Shown here: positions 24,287 through 36,657 of the stretch, one piece after another
Layout: each line of letters opens with the position of its first letter
How positions within the stretch are numbered: the first letter of the stretch is position 1
Source: Cyanophora paradoxa CCMP329
Lineage: Eukaryota > Plantae > Glaucophyta
NCBI GenBank assembly: GCA_004431415.1
Contig: QPMI01000558.1
Span: 13,922 to 77,921, forward strand
DNA length: 64,000 nucleotides
Reading direction: 5' to 3'
Notes under the pieces: model-generated
Database searches by the model: none
The model's input: only the letters and a program-made list of their open reading frames with translations
What the model was told of the DNA's origin: nothing
Position numbers and translations under genes: made by a program

Positions 24287-24591
24287 GATCAGGCGCAGGC
24301 GCCTGGAATCTGGCTTGCTCGCTTTGGGATCGTAGCTGGTTGACGAGAGCGCCTCATTGACCGCTATCTCCAGCCGGAACGCTGGGCGTGGCGGTCCTGG
24401 TGAACTGCCGTGCGGGGGGGCCTTCTGGCGCATCAAATAACGGTTGCGCACCTGGACTCCTAAAGGCTGGATCCGCCTTCTTCATCATCGCTGCTGCTTG
24501 TTGGGCCACTTTGCAACACAATTTGCGTACCCCACGCGCACGACAATTTCAACAAATTGAACAGCTCGCTCGCTCATTCTCGCCTGTAGCG

Positions 24592-27500
24592 ATGATGAGT
24601 ACACTCGCACCACACCGGGACGACGAGGCGGCGCCGCACACGGACCTGGAGAAGCTTTGCGCGTACGTCGAGTCCGGAGGAGATCCGGAGGCAGAGAACC
24701 GCCTCGGGCAGGTGCATTGCAGTTGCGCAAATGCATTGCACGCGTTCTCACCGCTCTGCGCCGCAGAGGGCTCTCCATCACGCCGCTCTCCAGGGCGCAA
24801 CGCCGTCCATGAAGTGGCTTCTCGTGCGCGCGTGGCCGGCGCTCCCGTTCCTGCGTTCCTTTTCGTAGTTGCGAACGTTCGAGCTCCCTGATCGCGCCCG
24901 ATCCGCTCGCCGCTCTGTTCGCTTGTCGCAGGAACGGGGATGCGACCCGAACGCTGGTCCGTGCGAGGGCCCTCGCTCCGCGGCGATCGCCCACCGGAAT
25001 CGCGTTTCTTGCAGAGACGATCAGCGGGACGACGTCGCTGCACTTCTCGGCTCGAGCCGGCGTGAGACAAACATGAGGCTGCTTCGCCGGCGCCCGGCGC
25101 AGCTGAGGCGGAACGCAGAACCTGGAGGGCGTGAAGCTGCTGCTATCGAAGGGCGCGAGCTCCAAGAAGAAGAACATCCTCGGGAAGACCCCGCTCCACC
25201 TCGGCGCGCCGGAGCCCGTGACTGCGAGCGGCGCTCGGTGGGCGCTGACGCGCGTGGCGCAGCGGTGGAGCGGGGCCACACGAAGGTGGCCGAGGCGCTG
25301 CTGAAGGCGGGGGCGGACCCGAACGAGGAGGACCTGAAGGGGCGCACACCGCTGCACTACAGCGTGGAGCGGAACGACCGGGAGACGGCGGCGCTGCTGC
25401 TGCGGCACGGCGCCTCGACGACGCGCGCGTGCGAGGGCGACGTGGACGAGGAGCTCACGCCGCTGGACCTCGCCTGCAAGCGGTGCAACCGCGAGCTCTG
25501 CGCGCTGATCCAGCAGCACCGCGCCGCCTGCCGTCCGTCCACCCCGCCCCGCCCCCTCGCACGTCTTCCGCTCGAGCTCGGCGCTGACCGCCGGAGCCTG
25601 CAGCGCCGGAGAAGCTGGCGGCGGAGCGGGAGGCGGAGAAGCGGCGGTTGGAGGAGCGGCGGGCCTTCCGAGAGGTCACCCTCCACTCCTGGGCCAACGA
25701 CCCCGGTCCGCCCCGCCCCGCCGGCCCCCGCGGGTTGCGCCGCGAGCTGCGCGCCAGAGGCGATCGGGCGGACGCTGGAGCGCTCGGCGGGGGCGGCGCT
25801 GGCACAGGACTCGCACGGCTCCACCGCCCTCCACGAGGCGCGGCGCCCCCGCCCGGGCCCCGGCCGCCGCCGAGCGGGGGCGCGCAGGCGGTGGAGCGGG
25901 GGCGGTGGCGAGCATGGAGGAGCTCCTCAAGCGGGGCGCCCTCCCCGACCAGAAGGACTCGTGCGCCCGCCGCCTCGCGGGGCCGCCCCGTGGGCCCCTC
26001 TGAGGGGGCGCCAGGCGGGGCAACTCGGCGCTGCACGTGGCGGCGGGGGCGCTGCAGGTCGAGGCCCTCGCCCTCCTCCTCCGCTCCGGCGCCGCCCCGA
26101 ACCTCCGCAACAACGCCGGCGAGGTCCGCCCCCGCGCCCGAGCGGTCGGATCCAATCTGACCGGGTGTGAGCAGACGGCGCTGCACGTGATGCTGCAGCG
26201 GCCGCGGCCGGCGCTGGCGCGGCGCGGGAGCGGGGCGGGGCTGGTGGCGGCGGACGGACCGCTGCCGGGGCGGCTGGGCAACCGCCGCGCCACCGTCGTC
26301 TCCACCTCCGGCGACGACTCCGACTTCGGCCCAGCCGTCCCCGCCGCCGCCACCGCCCCCACGGCCCGCCCCCGCCTTCCCCTCCCCGCCGGGGCCTCGC
26401 ACGCAGCAGGCCGCCGGGCCTCCGCCGCCACCGCCGCCGCCGCCCGCGGCGCCGGGGCGGCCGCCGTCGCGCGGCTCGCACGAGCAGCCGCTGCAGCGAC
26501 CGGCGGGGGCCCCGGGGCAGCGGCGGTGGCGGGGCGGAGCCGGGGTCGCCCCGGCGGGGCCGCGGGCTCGCGCGCCGCGCCAGCGTCGCCTCACTGGGGA
26601 GGCCGAGGCGAGCCCCGCCCCGCCCTGCGGCTTGGCGCCGGCGCCTGAGCGGCGGCGCGCAGGCGATCGTGGCGGACCGGGAGCACGAGGGCCTCGTCGC
26701 CGCGGCGGCGGCGGCGGCGGAGGCGGCCGCGCAGGGCGACGGGCACGCCGTCGCCGCCCTCGCCCTCGAGACCGGCCCGCCCCGCCCGACCTCAGCGCCC
26801 ACCTCGGCGAGGAGGCCCGCCCGCCCATGGCGCCGCCGCCGCGAGCGACACCGCGGGGCGTGCTTTTGACGTGCGGACCTCGCAGCTGGCGCTGGAGGCG
26901 GCGGTGGCGCTGCTGCTCGACTTCGAGGCGGGGATCCTCGAGGAGGATTGGCGCGGCGTCAACCCCCTCCAGGCGAGCCCGCCCGTCCCCGGCCCCCGCC
27001 CTCCGTCGCCAGAGCGGGGCTTGCAGCTGGCGGTGGAGCGGGGCCACCTCGGGGCCCTCTACCGCATGCTAACCCACCCGCCCCGCGAGGCCCGCCCCGC
27101 CCCGCCCCCGCCCTGCGCCTCCCGTCCGAACGACCGGCAGGCGGCCGCCGGCGGGCCCGTCGACGCGCCCGTCGCGGCGCGCTGCTACGCCGCGACGGAG
27201 GCCGCCCTGCGCACTGGAGACGCGCAGCTCGCCGCCTCGGCGCGCGCCGCCCCGCCCCGCCCCGCCCGACCCTCGTCTCGCGCCGCTCGGCTGAGCCGGC
27301 CGCAGATCCGCGCGGCGGTGAGCTCCGGCTCGCGCCCGCCCTCCCGCGAGGAGGCCGCCCCGGCCCCGGCCCGGCCGCCCCGAGCGCCAGCGCCAGCCCC
27401 GCTGCCCAGGAGCGGGAGGCGGCAGCCCCGCGGATCGCGAGCGGCCGGCGCCGGCGCACGCGGGGACGCCCGTGCCGTGCCCCGTGCCGTGTCCCGTGAC

Positions 27501-28745
27501 GAAGCCGGACGGGCTGCCGCGGCGGCCCTCCCTCGCCACCCTCTCCGTCCCCGTGCGAGCGAGCGCGGGGCGCCCAGAGAGCGGAGGCGAGCTGAAGGGG
27601 CGGCAGGGGCTCGAGGAGGAGGTGGGCCTGCCCCCGGAGGCGGCCGCCACCTGCGAGCGCCGGCCCAGCGGCGAGAAGGCCGGCTCCGACGCCGAGCAGG
27701 CGCGCGAGGCCCCTCCCTCCCCGTCTCCGTCCCCTGAGGCGGCCCCGGGCCCGGGCGCGCAGGTGTACGAGCTCTCGCAGCGGGCGGTGACGCCGGCGCC
27801 GTCGCCCTTCTTCCGGCTGGGCCCCGTCGTCGCCGAGCGGCCCGAGGCGGAGGCGGAGCGGCCGTCGAGCCGCGGCGGGCCCTCGCCCCCGCTCCTCGTC
27901 GCCTACCGCTCCCGCCGCTCCTCCAGCAACGTCTCCTCCGCCGGCTCCGTCCCCTCCTCCGCCTCCGCCCTCGCCGCCGCCTCCGCCGCCACCGCCGCAG
28001 CGGCCGCCGCCGCGGCTGCAGCCGCCGCCCCGCCGGCCGCCGCCGCTGAGCCGGCGGCGGAGGAGGCGCCGGTGGGGCGTGTGCGGAGCCTGGCGGCTAA
28101 GTTCGCGGGCCTCTTCCGCCCCTCGCACCCCGCCGCCCCCGCCACCGTCACCCCCGTGCCCGTCAAGGCCGCCCGCGCTGGCAGCGGCAGCGCCGGCAGC
28201 GGCAGCGCCCGCAGCTCCGTCTCCGGCCCGAGCTCCGCCCCGGAGCAGCCGGCGGCCGCCCCGACCGCCCCGGAGCCGGCTGCGGAGCCGGCCCCGGCGA
28301 AGCCGTCGCCGCAGGAGGCGGCAGAGAAGGCTGCGGAAGGGGCCGGCGGGCACGCGGAGGCGCACGGGGCGGGCCGCTGGGAGAAGGTGCCCACGCGCCG
28401 CGCCGCGCGCGGGGCGCTGGCGGGCGCGCCGGCTGAGGCGGGCGGGGGCAGGTGAAGGAGGCGCTGGCCCCTCGGGGGGCGCCTTCCACGAGCTCCTCGC
28501 CTCCTGGCGCGCCCACGCCGGCGCCCCGCCCCGCCCCAGCCCGGCCCGCACCCGCACCCGCCCCCCCACGCCTCCTCGGACGTGAGCGCCGGCGGCGGCT
28601 CCGGGGCGGGCCCCCACGGCCAGGGCCACCCCGGCACGGCCCACCGCCTGCGCTGAGCGCGCCCTCCGAATCGCCGAGATCCCCCTCACTGCTCTCGAGC
28701 CCGGCCGGCGCGCCAGCCCCAGCCCCGGGAAAAAACACTCTGTAA
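24592..28745 (+). CDS. Ankyrin-repeat protein with long Pro/Ala/Ser-rich C-terminus
   Basis: GKTPLHL, GHTKVAEALLKAGADPNEEDLKGRTPLHYSVERN, LTPLDLA, HGSTALHEA, GNSALHVAA; many short exons. Stop ambiguous (28585-28745). Confidence 0.82.
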
Positions 28746-28933
28746 ATTATTCGAGAACAATTTTGTGCAAGGAAAATGAAGGAAATCGACACTGTTGAAA
28801 AAGCAGCCGCCTCCTGCTCGAGGCAAGCTGAGCTGTACACGGCCAGACGGTCTCATACGGTTACAGCGAGGGCCTCCGACGCAGCCCCTCGCGCCCTCGT
28901 CCCTCGCGGGCCGGGGCGACCGGGCTCCCGGGG

Positions 28934-30997
28934 TCACTTGCCCTGGCGGTGGCGGGGCTTGCCGGACTTGGGGGGGAAGAGGGAACGGGGCGGGGGCGGG
29001 GGCGCGCGGAGGGTGCGCTCGCCCCAGCGCTCCTCCTGGAGCTCGCAGGCGTCCTCCTCGTCCGAGTCAGAGTCCGCCACCTCCAGCACCTCCAGCTTCC
29101 CCGCCCCGTACGGCCCGAACCCGTACGGCAGGTGCTTCCGCGCCCGCGCCTCCAGCCGCGCCGCCCGCCGCGCCGCCGCCGCCGGGCCCTCCTCCCGCTC
29201 CTCCTCCTCCGCCTGCTGCCGCAGCTGGGCGCGCAGGGCGGAGCCCGGGAGGAGGGCGGCGGGGGCCGCCGCCAGCGAGTTCCGGTCGAGGATGGTCAGC
29301 ACGAGGACGGGGAGGATCTGCGCGCTGCGTCGGGCCGAGGCGCCGGAGCCGGCGCCGGCGCTCGGGCGGGGCGGCGCGGGGGCACCTGGGCGGCCGAGAA
29401 GACGACGAACTCCCTGCCGCCGGGCGAGATGTGCGAGTCGAACCCCGCGGCGACCGGCTGGTCTGCGCGCCCTCGCGCCCGTCAGCACAGGCCTGCGCGC
29501 GGAGGGGCGGGGCGGGCGGGGCGGGGGCGGGCCGTAGGCCGTGGAGGTGAGGAGGCAGGGGCGGCCCATCAGCGTGCTGCATACGATGAGCCTGCGAGGC
29601 CGCCCCGCCCCGTCAGGAGCGGCCGAGGTGGAGAGGATCGGGCGGGCCGGGGGCGCCGGCGCTGCGGACCGCTGGCCGTAGCTGTGGGCCGAGTGCGTGG
29701 CGCCGGAGGCCTCCCACGCGTTCTGCGCCTCGGAGTAGCCGAGGGCGACGCTGGCGAGGGGCGACGAGTAGATGCCCTTCCCGAACACCCCCACCGAGAA
29801 GCGCGACTCGATGGTCCCCGGCGGCAGCAGACCGTTCCGCACTGCCCGCACCGCCGCCTCAGCTGCGGGCCCTGGGGCGGGCGGCAGGGGGCGGACCGAT
29901 GGAGGGCAGGGTGCGGTAGCGCGTGCCTTCGCGGGCCGGGGGCACGCGCGTCAGACAGGGGCGGGCGGGCGGGCGGGGCGGGCGGGCGAGCGCATGGGCG
30001 CACCGTGGAAGGTGGTGCAGGGCTCGGAGAAGCGGAGGCGGCCGTTGGGGGACGGGGCGGTGGGGAAGGCGGGCGACTGGGCGTGGCCGTAGTGCTCGCG
30101 CATGCGGGCCCAGAGGCGGCGGAAGCGGGATGCGAGGTCCGGGCGGAGGACGTTCTCGACGCGGACGCAGACGACGTGGGCGGGCAGGCGGGCGAGGAGG
30201 GCGTGCAGCGGGCCCACGAAGGCCGCCGAGCTCATGTCCTCCCACTCCATCGCCTCCTCCCCGCCCTCGCCCTCCGCATCCCACGCCAGCCCCGCCTCCG
30301 CCGCGGCCGCGTCCAGCGCCGAGATGCGCGGCGCCGGCGCCGCCGCCGCGGGCGCCGCCGGCGCCTCCTCGACCGTGAGCGCCAGCTCGGCCTCGGTGAC
30401 GGAGAGGGGGCGGGGCGGCTGCGGCTTGGGAGCCGCCCACTGGCGGGCGCGCTCGGCGAAGGCGCTCTCGCGCTGCAGCTTTTCCTCGACGCGGCGCCCG
30501 ACGAACTCGGAGGCGGCCTGCAGGAGCTCGCAGAGGACGGGCCGGCCCGCCGCCCCGAGGGCGAGCTGCAGCAGCTCCTCGTAGAGCGCGTCGGCGTGCT
30601 TCGTGCTCAGGCGGTCCGCCGACTCGATCTCGAAGACGGGGGGCAGGGCGGGATACTCGGCGAGGGCGATGCTCAGCCATGCGCCGCCGTCGGGCAGGCG
30701 CTCGCGCTGCGCGAGGGGGTCCAGGCGGACGCGCAGCAGGCCGCTCTCCTCGCTGTACTCGGCGTCCTCGCCGTAGATGGCGAGCAGAGCAGCCAGCTCC
30801 TCCTCGCGGGACTGCTGCAGCGCCGCCGGCCCGGCCTGAAGCGCCGAGGCGACGGCCTCGAGCTCCGCGGCCGCGCTGGCGTCTTGCAAAAGGTCGAAAT
30901 CGAGGATTTGATCATGCCCGCCGAAGTCATCGCCCAGCGCGCCGGCCCAGCGGGCGGCGAAGCTGGGGACCTCGCCGGGATCCTCGGCTGCCAGCAT
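28934..30997 (-). CDS. RWD domain + PARP-type ADP-ribosyltransferase
   Basis: RWD: REEELAALLAIYG..LSIALAEYPALPPVFEI..GRPVLCELL. ART after splicing: TFHGTR..SIVRNGL..FGKGIYSSP..ALGYS..LIVCSTLMGR..GFDSHISPGGREFVVFSAAQILP (H-Y-E triad). Confidence 0.87.
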
Positions 30998-31246
30998 TGC
31001 AAGGCTAAGGGGCTCAGTGCGCCTCCAGATTAGCTAGAGAGAGTGCTTCCAACTCTGGAGATGCACATGACCTCGCCAAAGTCAGAAGTGATCGCTCCAT
31101 GTGAACCGCATTCGGTAACTGCCGCTACCCGTCCAGCACAGTCCGACCCTTGCACCCCCCAGCAGCCCGGCCGGTGGTAGCTATTGCACCTTCCAGCTCA
31201 GCCTAGGCTAGGTAGAGCGGCCGGACGCCTCGGCCCAACCGGAAGG

Positions 31247-32683
31247 ATGCCCGAGGGCGATGGCGTCACTCCGCTGGACCACCTCCCGCCGCTGCGCACC
31301 GCGGAGGAGGTGCGCGAGGCCGCCGGCCCGAGCGAAGCTCGATGCGCTCCCGCGCCCGCGGCTGAGCGGCGCGCAGGTCGAGCGCGTGGCGACCGTCTGC
31401 TTTGGAGCGCCCAGACTGAAGGACGGCGTGATTCACCCGACAGCTGTCTGGAAGGTGCGCGCGCAGCTGCGGGTCGGCCTCGGGAGGCGGCTGATGCCGC
31501 GCGCGGGCACGCGCTGCGTGCCGCGCAGGTGAACCCGGCGACGGACGGGCGCCCGTACGGGTCGGAGTACGCGACGATCCGCATCTGCGAGCACTCCCCG
31601 CCCTCCGACCACGGTACCCACGCCGCCGCCCAGCTAGGCCCTAGCTCCAGCGCTAGCGTCGGCGCGCGCGCGCGCGCTCCGAGAATACGGCCCGCCCGCT
31701 CTAATCGGAGCCGACGGGCCAGACTTCTTTCTGCTGAACTACACGCGCGCCTTTGCCGACGGCATCATCATCAGCGGCGCCATCCTTAGGTCCCGTCCCG
31801 CTGTACTCTCCGTTCCGGACCCCGCCCTCACTACCAGCGGGTCAGGGAGGAGCCGCGGCTGCGGTACGCGCTGGCGGGCCCGGCGGCGGAGGGCCTGCTC
31901 GACTGGCGCGTGCGGACCCTCGGCAAGACCGGCCCCCAGCTCGTCCTCGTCCTCACCCGCGGCCAGGCGCCCCCTACCCCCGTCCCGGCCCGCACCCCGG
32001 CCCTGACGCGGGCACAGGACCCGGCGGGTCTCCTGTCGCACGCGATGTTCACCGCCGCCTCGGACCGGCCCATCGTCTTCGTCTTCTTCTGCCCCGCCGC
32101 CGCCGCGCCCCGCCTCGAGGTGCCCGCCGCGCCCGCCCGCGCCGCGCCAGGCCGCCGCTGACGGGGACAGGCGGCGGCGGCGGAGCGGGAGCTGCGGCAC
32201 GTGCGCGTGGTCGGCGCGGAGCGGCCCTCCATCGCCGCCGCCGTCGCCTACCTCCGCGCCGTACGCCCCGCGCCCCGCGCCCCGGGCGGGGGCGGGCCCG
32301 ATCTCGACGGGCAGGCGGGTGCGGGGCGGTGTCGGTGGAGGCGGGCCCGTCGACGTCGCGGGAGCTCCACGCGGCGCGCGCCGTCGACACCCTCCTCCTC
32401 TCCGTCTACCACGCCCCGCCATCGCCCCCGACGCCCGCCCCGCCCGCCCCACCCCGCCGGCCGGGGCCGACGGCGCGCAGGTGGTGGACCCGGCGCTCGC
32501 CTTCGTGCCCCGCGCCGCCATCGACGACGCCTTCGCCCTCGCCTCCGCCCACCGCGTCGCCTCCCCGCGCGGTCCCCTCCCGCCCCGCCGCCAGCGCCCC
32601 CGGCCCCGCTCATCGCGCCCGGGGCCCCGCGCGCATGCGCAGGCGAGACGTGGGAGATCCGGCGCTACGAGGCCAAGCGATGA
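31247..32683 (+). CDS. RibD C-terminal / dihydrofolate-reductase-like protein, copy A
   Basis: DFFLLNYTRAFADGIIISGAILREEPRL and AVSVEAGPSTSRELHAARAVDTLLLSV resemble RibD_C motifs (RA..DAIL.G..T.R.D.P.L; V.VEGG......L....VDEL.L); ends EIRRYEAKR-TGA. Confidence 0.7.
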
Positions 32684-32802
32684 CGGCCCGCCGTCGTGGC
32701 ATCTAGGGCCTCTCCCAGCTGGCGCGCAGCGGCGGGAGAGATGTAAAGTGGTACATGTACAGAGATTACAGAAGAACATCGAATTCGGATCGCAGAAACG
32801 AC
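31843..32802 (+). repeat. Left arm of a ~0.95 kb near-identical inverted duplication (partner 62692-63628)
   Basis: Exons, introns and 3'UTR align almost base for base with the reverse complement of 62692-63628. Confidence 0.95.
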
Positions 32803-33079
32803 AGATCAAATTACAGCATCTGCCTGGGCTAGTTTGCAACTCGCGAAACCCCCGTACAGGCAAGAAAGGTAGCGCGTGCTCGTCGAACCTCAGGTCGGAG
32901 CACTGGCGAGCGCTCCAGCGGTTCTGTTCGTAGCGCAGGCTCTCCCCGTGCAGAGGGGCGCAGCCGCGCAGCACGCAGAAGCGGGTGCGAGCTGCGGTCA
33001 ATCAGCGCCGCGCCGACCTGCGGCGGCGCGCCGGGCACCTGCGCCGGAGCGCCGGGGATTCGCGCATATCGACGCATCA

Positions 33080-34180
33080 ATGTCCCCTTCCCTGCCCAGC
33101 GCGGCGGCTGCGCCGCATCAGCAAAAGCCGCGCGTGATCCTGTTCGGTGCGCTGCGGCCCTCGCAGGCGCTGTTTCTTTTGCTGGCATTTCTTTTGCGGC
33201 CTAGCGGAGATTGCCGGATATCGGTGGCGCGACCAAGGCGCATCACCCACGCCCCACGCGGTGGCCGCTCTAATGCGCAACCGGGCCACCTAGCGATAGT
33301 CTCAGCTTCAAGACGCCGCTTTCACGACTCTGATGCACCCCGCGCCCCTCCAACGCTTCCTGCGCCGCGCAGACATCATGTCGACGCTGGTGTACGACCC
33401 CTTCTACCGGGACATGCACAGCTTCTTCGGCTTCGAGTCGCTGAAGGACATGATGAAGGAGAAGCACCCCACCCGTGCGCATGCGCCCGCCTCCCCGCCC
33501 CAGCCCGGGGCCGAGCGCGCCGACGCGCGCGGGGGCAGGCTGGCTGGAGTTCGAGCGGGGCCACATCGACGAGAGCAAGTTCCTCGAGGACTACTTCAAG
33601 GACGGGCGCGACTACGACAAGGAAGGATTCCGCCAGCACGTGTACGCCCCGCCCGCCGCGCCGCGCCCCGCCGCGGCGAGCCGCGGGGCGCGCAGGAAGA
33701 GCTGCTACCGGTTCCTGGACGGGATCGAGGAGCTGCTGCAGGAGCTGAAGGATGCGGGCGTCGAGATGCACGCGTGCAGCAACTACCCGTCCTGGTGGCG
33801 CGCGCGCCGGCCCCGCCCCCCCTCGCCTCGCGGGGCGCCCGGGGCCGGGGAGCGAGCGAGGGGCGGGGGCGGGGCGCAGGGAGATGATCGAGGAGCGGCT
33901 GGCGCTCTCGCGCTTCCTCTCGTGGTCCTTCGTCTCGTGCAAGACGGGCGTGCGCAAGCCCGAGCGGGCCGCCTTCGAGCGGGCGCTGGAGCTCGCGGGG
34001 GCCCCACCCCCGGGGGCCGTCCTCTTCGTGGACGACTGCGGGGAGAACGTGGAGGCGGCGCGCGCCGCCGGCATGCACGCCCTCCGCTTCACCGACGCCG
34101 CCAGCCTCCGCGCCGCCCTCGTCGCACACGGCCTCCTCCCCGCCGCGCCCGCCCCCGCCCCGCCCGAACCCGCCAGCTAG
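33080..34180 (+). CDS. FHY1: HAD-family phosphatase resembling plant plastid FMN hydrolase FHY1
   Basis: VILFDIMSTLVYDPFY..KHPTGWLEFERGHIDE..YFKDGRDYD..LDGIEELL..SNYPSW..IEERLALSRFLSWSFVSCKTGVRKP..FVDD..NV follows the Arabidopsis cpFHy1 motif order as I recall it. Confidence 0.85.
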
Positions 34181-34242
34181 CTGGCCGGCGAGCGCGCCCC
34201 CTAGATCCGCCTTTCCCGCTTCGCTCTCTTCTTTCCGCCGCG

Positions 34243-34247
34243 TGTAA
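34243..34247 (+). promoter_or_regulatory. TGTAA putative polyadenylation signal (recurs after many genes)
   Basis: TGTAA lies shortly after stop codons at 22999, 28741, 32742, 34243, 51273, 54456, 60659 (+) and 28861, 62736 (-). UGUAA is the established poly(A) signal of Chlamydomonas. Confidence 0.65.
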
Positions 34248-34320
34248 ATACTGTATTTCAAATAACAGCAGCATCTCAGTAATGTTCTAGATCCGAGCAA
34301 ACCGGCAAATAAGCGCGGCC

Positions 34321-36245
34321 CTAGGAGGCCAGGGCGGAGTGCCAGAGCTCGAACTCGCCGGTGTTGCTGGAGGCGTTCTCCTCCCACCAGCGCCCGCAGA
34401 CCTTCCGCTCGCGCATCTTCCCCTCGTAGACCAGGCTATGGAACACCCTCGGCCCCGTGTACGTCTGCGGAGCGGGGCCCCGCCCGGCCTCAGCGGGCGG
34501 CGCCGGCGTGGCTCGGGGCCGCCAGGGGCTGGGCGGCGGGCCTTGAGCATGCGGACGGTGCCGGCGTCGACATCGTAGGAGCCCCGGATGACGAAAGTGC
34601 CCACGCGGTCGCTCCCCTCCGCCCGGACGGTTCGGAAGTACAGGCTCAGCGTCAGCTCCATCTCCCCCGTCTGCCCGCCCTGCCGCCAGAACCTGCCGCC
34701 GCGAGCGCGCGCGGTCAGCGTTGTGGGGCCCGACTCGGCTCGGACCGGGGCGGCCCTCTCCACGCCCCGCGCACCCTTTCCAGGGCCCCGGGCAGAAGCC
34801 CATCTTGAGCTCCTTGGTGTTGGACTTCATCCCCTTGACCTCCGCCAGCTCCTCCCCCAGCTCCTCCTCCTCGTCGTCCTCCTCGTCGGCGTCCTCGTAC
34901 TCCGACTCGTCCTCCGCCCCCTCCTCCTCCGCCATCTCCTCGTCCCCCGCCTCCGCCTCCGCTTCCGCACGCGCTGGTGGCGCCGGCATCGCCGCCGCTG
35001 CCGCGGGGGCGCGGCCGGCCCCTGGGGGCGCCGGGGGGCCGGGGGCGGACTCCTTGGCGGCCTGGGCGGGGGCCGGGGCCGGGGCGGCCTTCTTGAGCTC
35101 GGCGGCGAGGGCCTTGAGCTTGGGGGCCGAGGACTTGGCCTTCTTGGCCCCGCCCCCGCCCCCGCCCCCGCCGCCGTCGCCGGCCATGGCGGCGAGCTCG
35201 GAGGCGACGGTGCCGACGATGAGGTGGCGGCGGCTCCAGTCGACGTACTGCAGGCCGGCGAGGTGGAACTTGAAGGCGTCCGGGATGCCCCCCTCGAGCA
35301 TCACCGGCACGATGCTGATCCCCTTCTTCATCTCCCGCCGCTCCGCTGCGCGTCGTCCAGCCCCCAGAGCGTCAGCGCGGGGCCCCGGAGCCGCACCGCG
35401 CCGCGGGTCACCGCGGGCGCACCGAAGAGGTCGAGCTCGATGCCGCAGGGGACGGAGGCGAAGTACTCCGGGGAGAGGAAGCAGACCTGCGCGGGTCCCA
35501 CCTCGGCCCCGGGGTGGGGCGGGGCCCAGGACGTCGACTCGCAGCGCACCGCGACCTTGGCGGCGTTGGCGGCCTGGGCGATCTGCGAGCGCCAGCCCTG
35601 CTGCCCCGCCTTGATCTCGTTCACGTCTGCCCGCCCCCGCCCCGCTCCCTCAGAGCGAGCGCCGGGGTAGCGGGTGCGGGGGAGGGCGGGGCCGGGGCGG
35701 ACCGAGCCAGACGTGGCCGCGGAGGGCGGGGTTCTCCTCCATCTCGCGCACCAGCGGGTGCACGAGCTCCTTGTTGCGGCTGCTGTACGAGATGAAGACC
35801 TCCTTCGTCGGCGCCGCCGCCCCCGCGTCCGGCGCCGCCATCACCGCACCATGGCCCCGCGCCGCCACGGGCGCCACCGTCGGCGCCGGCGCCGGCGGCG
35901 CCGCCTCGTGGCCCTTGTCCGCCGACTGCTGGAACGTCTCGGCGGCCGCCGGCGCCCCAGGCGCCGGCGAGGCCTTGGATGCTGCCGCTTCCGTCGCCGC
36001 GGACTGCAGCGCGTCCAGCCGCGCTGAACCCGCCCGTCAGCGCCGGCGAGGCGGCCTCGGGGTCGGGCCGGGGCGGGGAGAACCTAGGATCGCCGAGAGC
36101 TTCTCGTCGGCGGCCTTCTGCTGGGCCCGGAGCGCCGCCAGCTCCGCTTTCTCATCCGCCGAGTTGTGGGGAACTACACGTACGCGCCGGGATCAGCGCG
36201 CACCGCATTCCCCGAGTGCATGCTGCGCTCACCACCGGACGCCAT
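34321..36245 (-). CDS. Short coiled-coil + TIR domain + acidic linker + C-terminal uncharacterised beta-barrel domain
   Basis: ATG 36245 MASGVPHNSADEKAELAALRAQQK; TIR: VFISYSSRNKELVHPL..VWLDVNEIKAGQQGWRSQIAQAANAAKVAVCFLSPEYFASVPCGIEL..IVPVML..LAGLQYVDW; C-terminus GPWKGFWRQGGQTGEMELTL..GSDRVGTFVIRGSYD..VRMLKTYTG..HSLVYEG..VCGRW..GEFELW. Confidence 0.88.
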
Positions 36246-36657
36246 TGTGGGAGCGGTCTGAGCCTTGACGGCAGCTATTTCTTTCATCTGACCTGCAACG
36301 CAAACGGGTCGAATTAGTGGCAGCTGTAGCCAGCCGACGGCGGCTTCAAGCGACGGCGACTACCGGCATGGCCAAACGGCGTCGGACGCACCCAAAATCT
36401 GGCTCAACTGCTCGGACGTCGCCTTCTGGGCCGCCTGCATCTGCTGCTGGTGGCTTGCATTGAGCGCTGGGAATCTCCGAGTTAGCTGAGAATAGCAGGA
36501 GTCACTCGGCACGCGCACCCGCTATCTCCTTGCGCAGCGCCGCGAGCTCTTGGCTGCTGCCCGAGTCGTCCGCGACCCGCCGGGAGGTCGACGAGCCGCC
36601 CCCCATCTTGTCCAAAGTGGCGGACGCTCTACCCCGCCTGCTCTTCTTCCCTCCACA

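Noticed and set aside
11294-28840. Numerous long Arg/Gly/Pro/Ala-rich ORFs in alternative and antisense frames
   Set aside because: Expected from stop-codon scarcity at very high GC; they are shadows of intron-containing genes.
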